A stretch of 63,806 nucleotides of DNA, the filler included, from Chiloscyllium plagiosum (Eukaryota): assembly GCF_004010195.1 (NCBI RefSeq). It is 5 parts of one record of this genome, joined end to end, with 100 filler letters (N's around TTAATTAATTAA, not from the genome) between each part and the next. Parts side by side here need not be neighbours in the genome. Positions count along the whole stretch, not along the records: positions 59,790 to 63,806 come from NC_057714.1; 4 more parts are not named here. One strand, 5' to 3'. This document shows, piece by piece, positions 61,564 to 63,806 of the stretch; positions within the stretch are counted from its first letter, which is position 1, and every line of letters starts with the position of its first letter. Position numbers and translations under genes: made by a program. Below the pieces are notes generated by a model. That model was not told the DNA's origin. It saw nothing but the letters and a program-made list of their open reading frames with translations, and did no database searches.

Positions 61564-61689
61564 ATTTTGGAGCAGAGGAAGTTGAGCTTTCAGATCAATG
61601 AAAAGTTGATGTTGGCAGATTTGGAAAGAGCTCAGCAGATTGTCTTCATGGTCCTCAGCAAAGAGCCTATCCAGAGTCAGAGAGTTGAG
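61564..61689 (+). CDS. Candidate internal exon of an unidentified gene
   Basis: ctgcag acceptor, weak gtagag donor; 126 nt open only in frame 0 (ILEQRKLSFQINEKLMLADLERAQQIVFMVLSKEPIQSQRVE); no family recognised. Confidence 0.3.
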
Positions 61690-62192
61690 GTAGAGATATA
61701 ATTTCTCTGGACTTGAATTTCTGGAACAAATGATGGGGAAAAATGGTTGAAACTTTGCTTTGAGATCATTCTAGCTGTCTATTACAATGAGTTAGCAACA
61801 CAGCTTTGCTCCCTCTTTTGTGTAAGAATCTTCTGCTCAAGAGAGTCAGTAGCCTCATGTCGAATGTGTCTCAGAGAGTGCCTGCCACATTCGCTAGCTC
61901 ATTAAAAATAAAAGACGACCAGACCTGGCCACTGAGTGCCTCACTCGACCATTTCGGAACTTGGTTCAAAGTCAACAACATGACTGTGGGCTTGGAGTCG
62001 CATGTAGACCAGACCAGTGACAGAAAGAAATCTGACCATCCATCACTAACACCTTCTCATGGGCAACTAGGAGTGAGCAAGAAATGCTGGGCCAGTAACA
62101 CCCACATACTGCCAAGTCAATAAACACAAGTTTAATTTTGGGATCTGGCTTGTCCAGAAGTACCATCAGCTGGGTTCATAATGCGATACATC

Positions 62193-63806
62193 AGTGTGTT
62201 ACCATGTGCATGTGTGTTATCGTGTATATGTTTCCGTGTGCCTGGGTGTTACCTTATGTCTGTGTGTTACCTTGTGTCTGTGTGTTACCATGTGCCTGTG
62301 CGTTACCATGTGTCTGTGTGTTACCATGTGTATGTTTCCGTGTGCCTGTGTGTTACCATGTGTCTGTGTGTTACCTTGTATCTGTGTGTTACCGTGTGTA
62401 TGTTTCCGTGTGCCTGTGTGTTACCTTGTGTCTGTGTGTTACCTTGCGCTTGTGTGTTACCGTCTGCCTGTGTGTTACCGTGTGTCTGTGTGTTACCATG
62501 TGCTTGTGTGTTACCTTGTGCCTGCATGTTACCGTGTGTCTGTGTGTTACCGTGTGCCTGTGTGTTACCTTGTGTCTGTGTGTTACCGTGTGCCTGCATG
62601 TTACCGTGTGCCTGTGTGTTACCTTGTGTCTGTGTGTTACCATGTGCCTGTGAGTTACCTTGTACCTGCGTGTTACCGTATGCCTGTGTGTTACCGTGTG
62701 CCTGTGCATTACCTTGTGTCTGTGTGTTACCTTGTTCCTGTGTGTTACCCTGTGCCTGTGTGTCACCGTGTGTATGTTACCGTGTGCCTGTGCATTACCT
62801 TGTGTCTGTGTGTTACCGTGTGCTGGTGTGTTACCATGTGCCTGTGTGTTACCTTGTGCCTGTGTGTTACCCTGTGCCTGTCTCTAACCGTGTGCCTGTG
62901 TGTTACCTTGTGCCTGTGTGTTACCCTGTGCCTGTCTCTAACCATGTGCCTGTGTGTTACCTTGTGCCTGTGTGTTACCGTGGGCCTGTGTGTTACCGTG
63001 TCCCTGTGTGTTACCTTGTGCCTGCGTGTTACCGTGTGCCTGTGTGTTACCGTGTGCCTGTGTGTTACCTTGTGTCTGTGTGATATCTTTTGTCAGTGTA
63101 TTATCGTGTGTATGTTGCCATGTGCCTGTGTGTTACCTTGTGTCTGTGTGTTACCATGTGTATGTTACCGTGTGCCTGTGTGTGATCGTGTGCCTGTGTG
63201 TTACCTTGTGTCTGTGTGTTACTGTGTGCCTGTGTGTTACCATGTGCCTGTGTGTTACCTTGTGCCTGTGTGTTACCGCGTGCCTGTGTGTTACCATGTG
63301 CCTGTGTGTTACCTTGTGCCTGTGTGTTACCTTGTGTCTGTGTTACCGTGTACCTGTGTGTTACCGTGTGTCAGTGTGATACCGTGTGCCTGTGGGTTAT
63401 CGTATGCCTGTGTGCTACCTTGTGTCTGTGTTTTACCGTGTGCCTGTGTGTTACCTTGTGTCTGTGTTACCATGTGTCTGTGTGTTACCGTGTACCTGCA
63501 TGTTACCGTGTGCCTGTGTGTTACCTTGAGTCTGTGTGTTACCTTGTGCCTGTGTGTTACCGTGTGCCTGCATGTTACCGTCTGCCTGTGTGTTACCTTG
63601 TGTCTGTGTGTTACCGTGTGCCTGTGTGTTACAGTGTGTCTGTGTGTTACCGTGTGTCTGCATGTTACCGTGTGCTTGCATGTTACCATGTGCCTGTGTG
63701 TTACCTTGAGTCTGTGTGTTACCTTCTGTCTGTGTGTTACCGTGTGCCGGTGTGTTACCGTGTGCCTATGTGTTACCTTGTGTCTGTGTGTTACCGTGTG
63801 CCTGTG
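62193..63806. repeat. 18-bp minisatellite (tgtgtgttaccgtgtgcc)n running off the window
   Basis: Dozens of degenerate tandem units over about 1.6 kb. Confidence 0.95.

Noticed and set aside
62138..63689. Long Cys/Val-rich ORFs (CVLPCA repeats) resembling metallothionein or keratin-associated proteins
   Set aside because: Products of an 18-bp minisatellite that is open in several frames on both strands; no splice or codon evidence.

Overview
Repeat-dense vertebrate genomic DNA, most likely from a cartilaginous fish (shark), judged from the abundant HE1-type V-SINEs, CR1 LINEs and a Deu-domain SINE. It is not prokaryotic, and most ORFs in the supplied track are repeat-derived or spurious. The window is a scaffold of five pieces joined by artificial 100-bp spacers (N44-TTAATTAATTAA-N44). 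Host genes: (i) the last eight coding exons of 5-oxoprolinase OPLAH on the minus strand (18819 down to the stop at 10873), all GT-AG and in phase; (ii) three in-phase internal exons of a WDR97-like WD40 gene on the plus strand (29128-29218, 40708-40840, 46141-46262), which the ORF track misses; (iii) a CpG-rich, probably bidirectional promoter with YY1 and RFX X-box motifs near 54.3-54.9 kb. Mobile DNA: a decayed Gmr1-like Ty3/Gypsy LTR element with integrase before RT (19014-26835) carrying five nested insertions, a near-full-length CR1 with an esterase-type ORF1, Rex1/Babar and Tx1 fragments, a 5'-truncated Penelope-like element (PLE), and several minisatellites. The most notable signal is a swarm of about 20 short PLE-derived insertions from at least four sequence families. 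Many are flanked by target-site duplications and folded back on themselves, and several carry minimal type I hammerhead-ribozyme cores; one is a perfect hairpin with 103-bp arms and a hammerhead on each strand. All protein and repeat-family assignments come from recalled sequence similarity, not from database searches, and repeat boundaries are approximate unless defined by a TSD.
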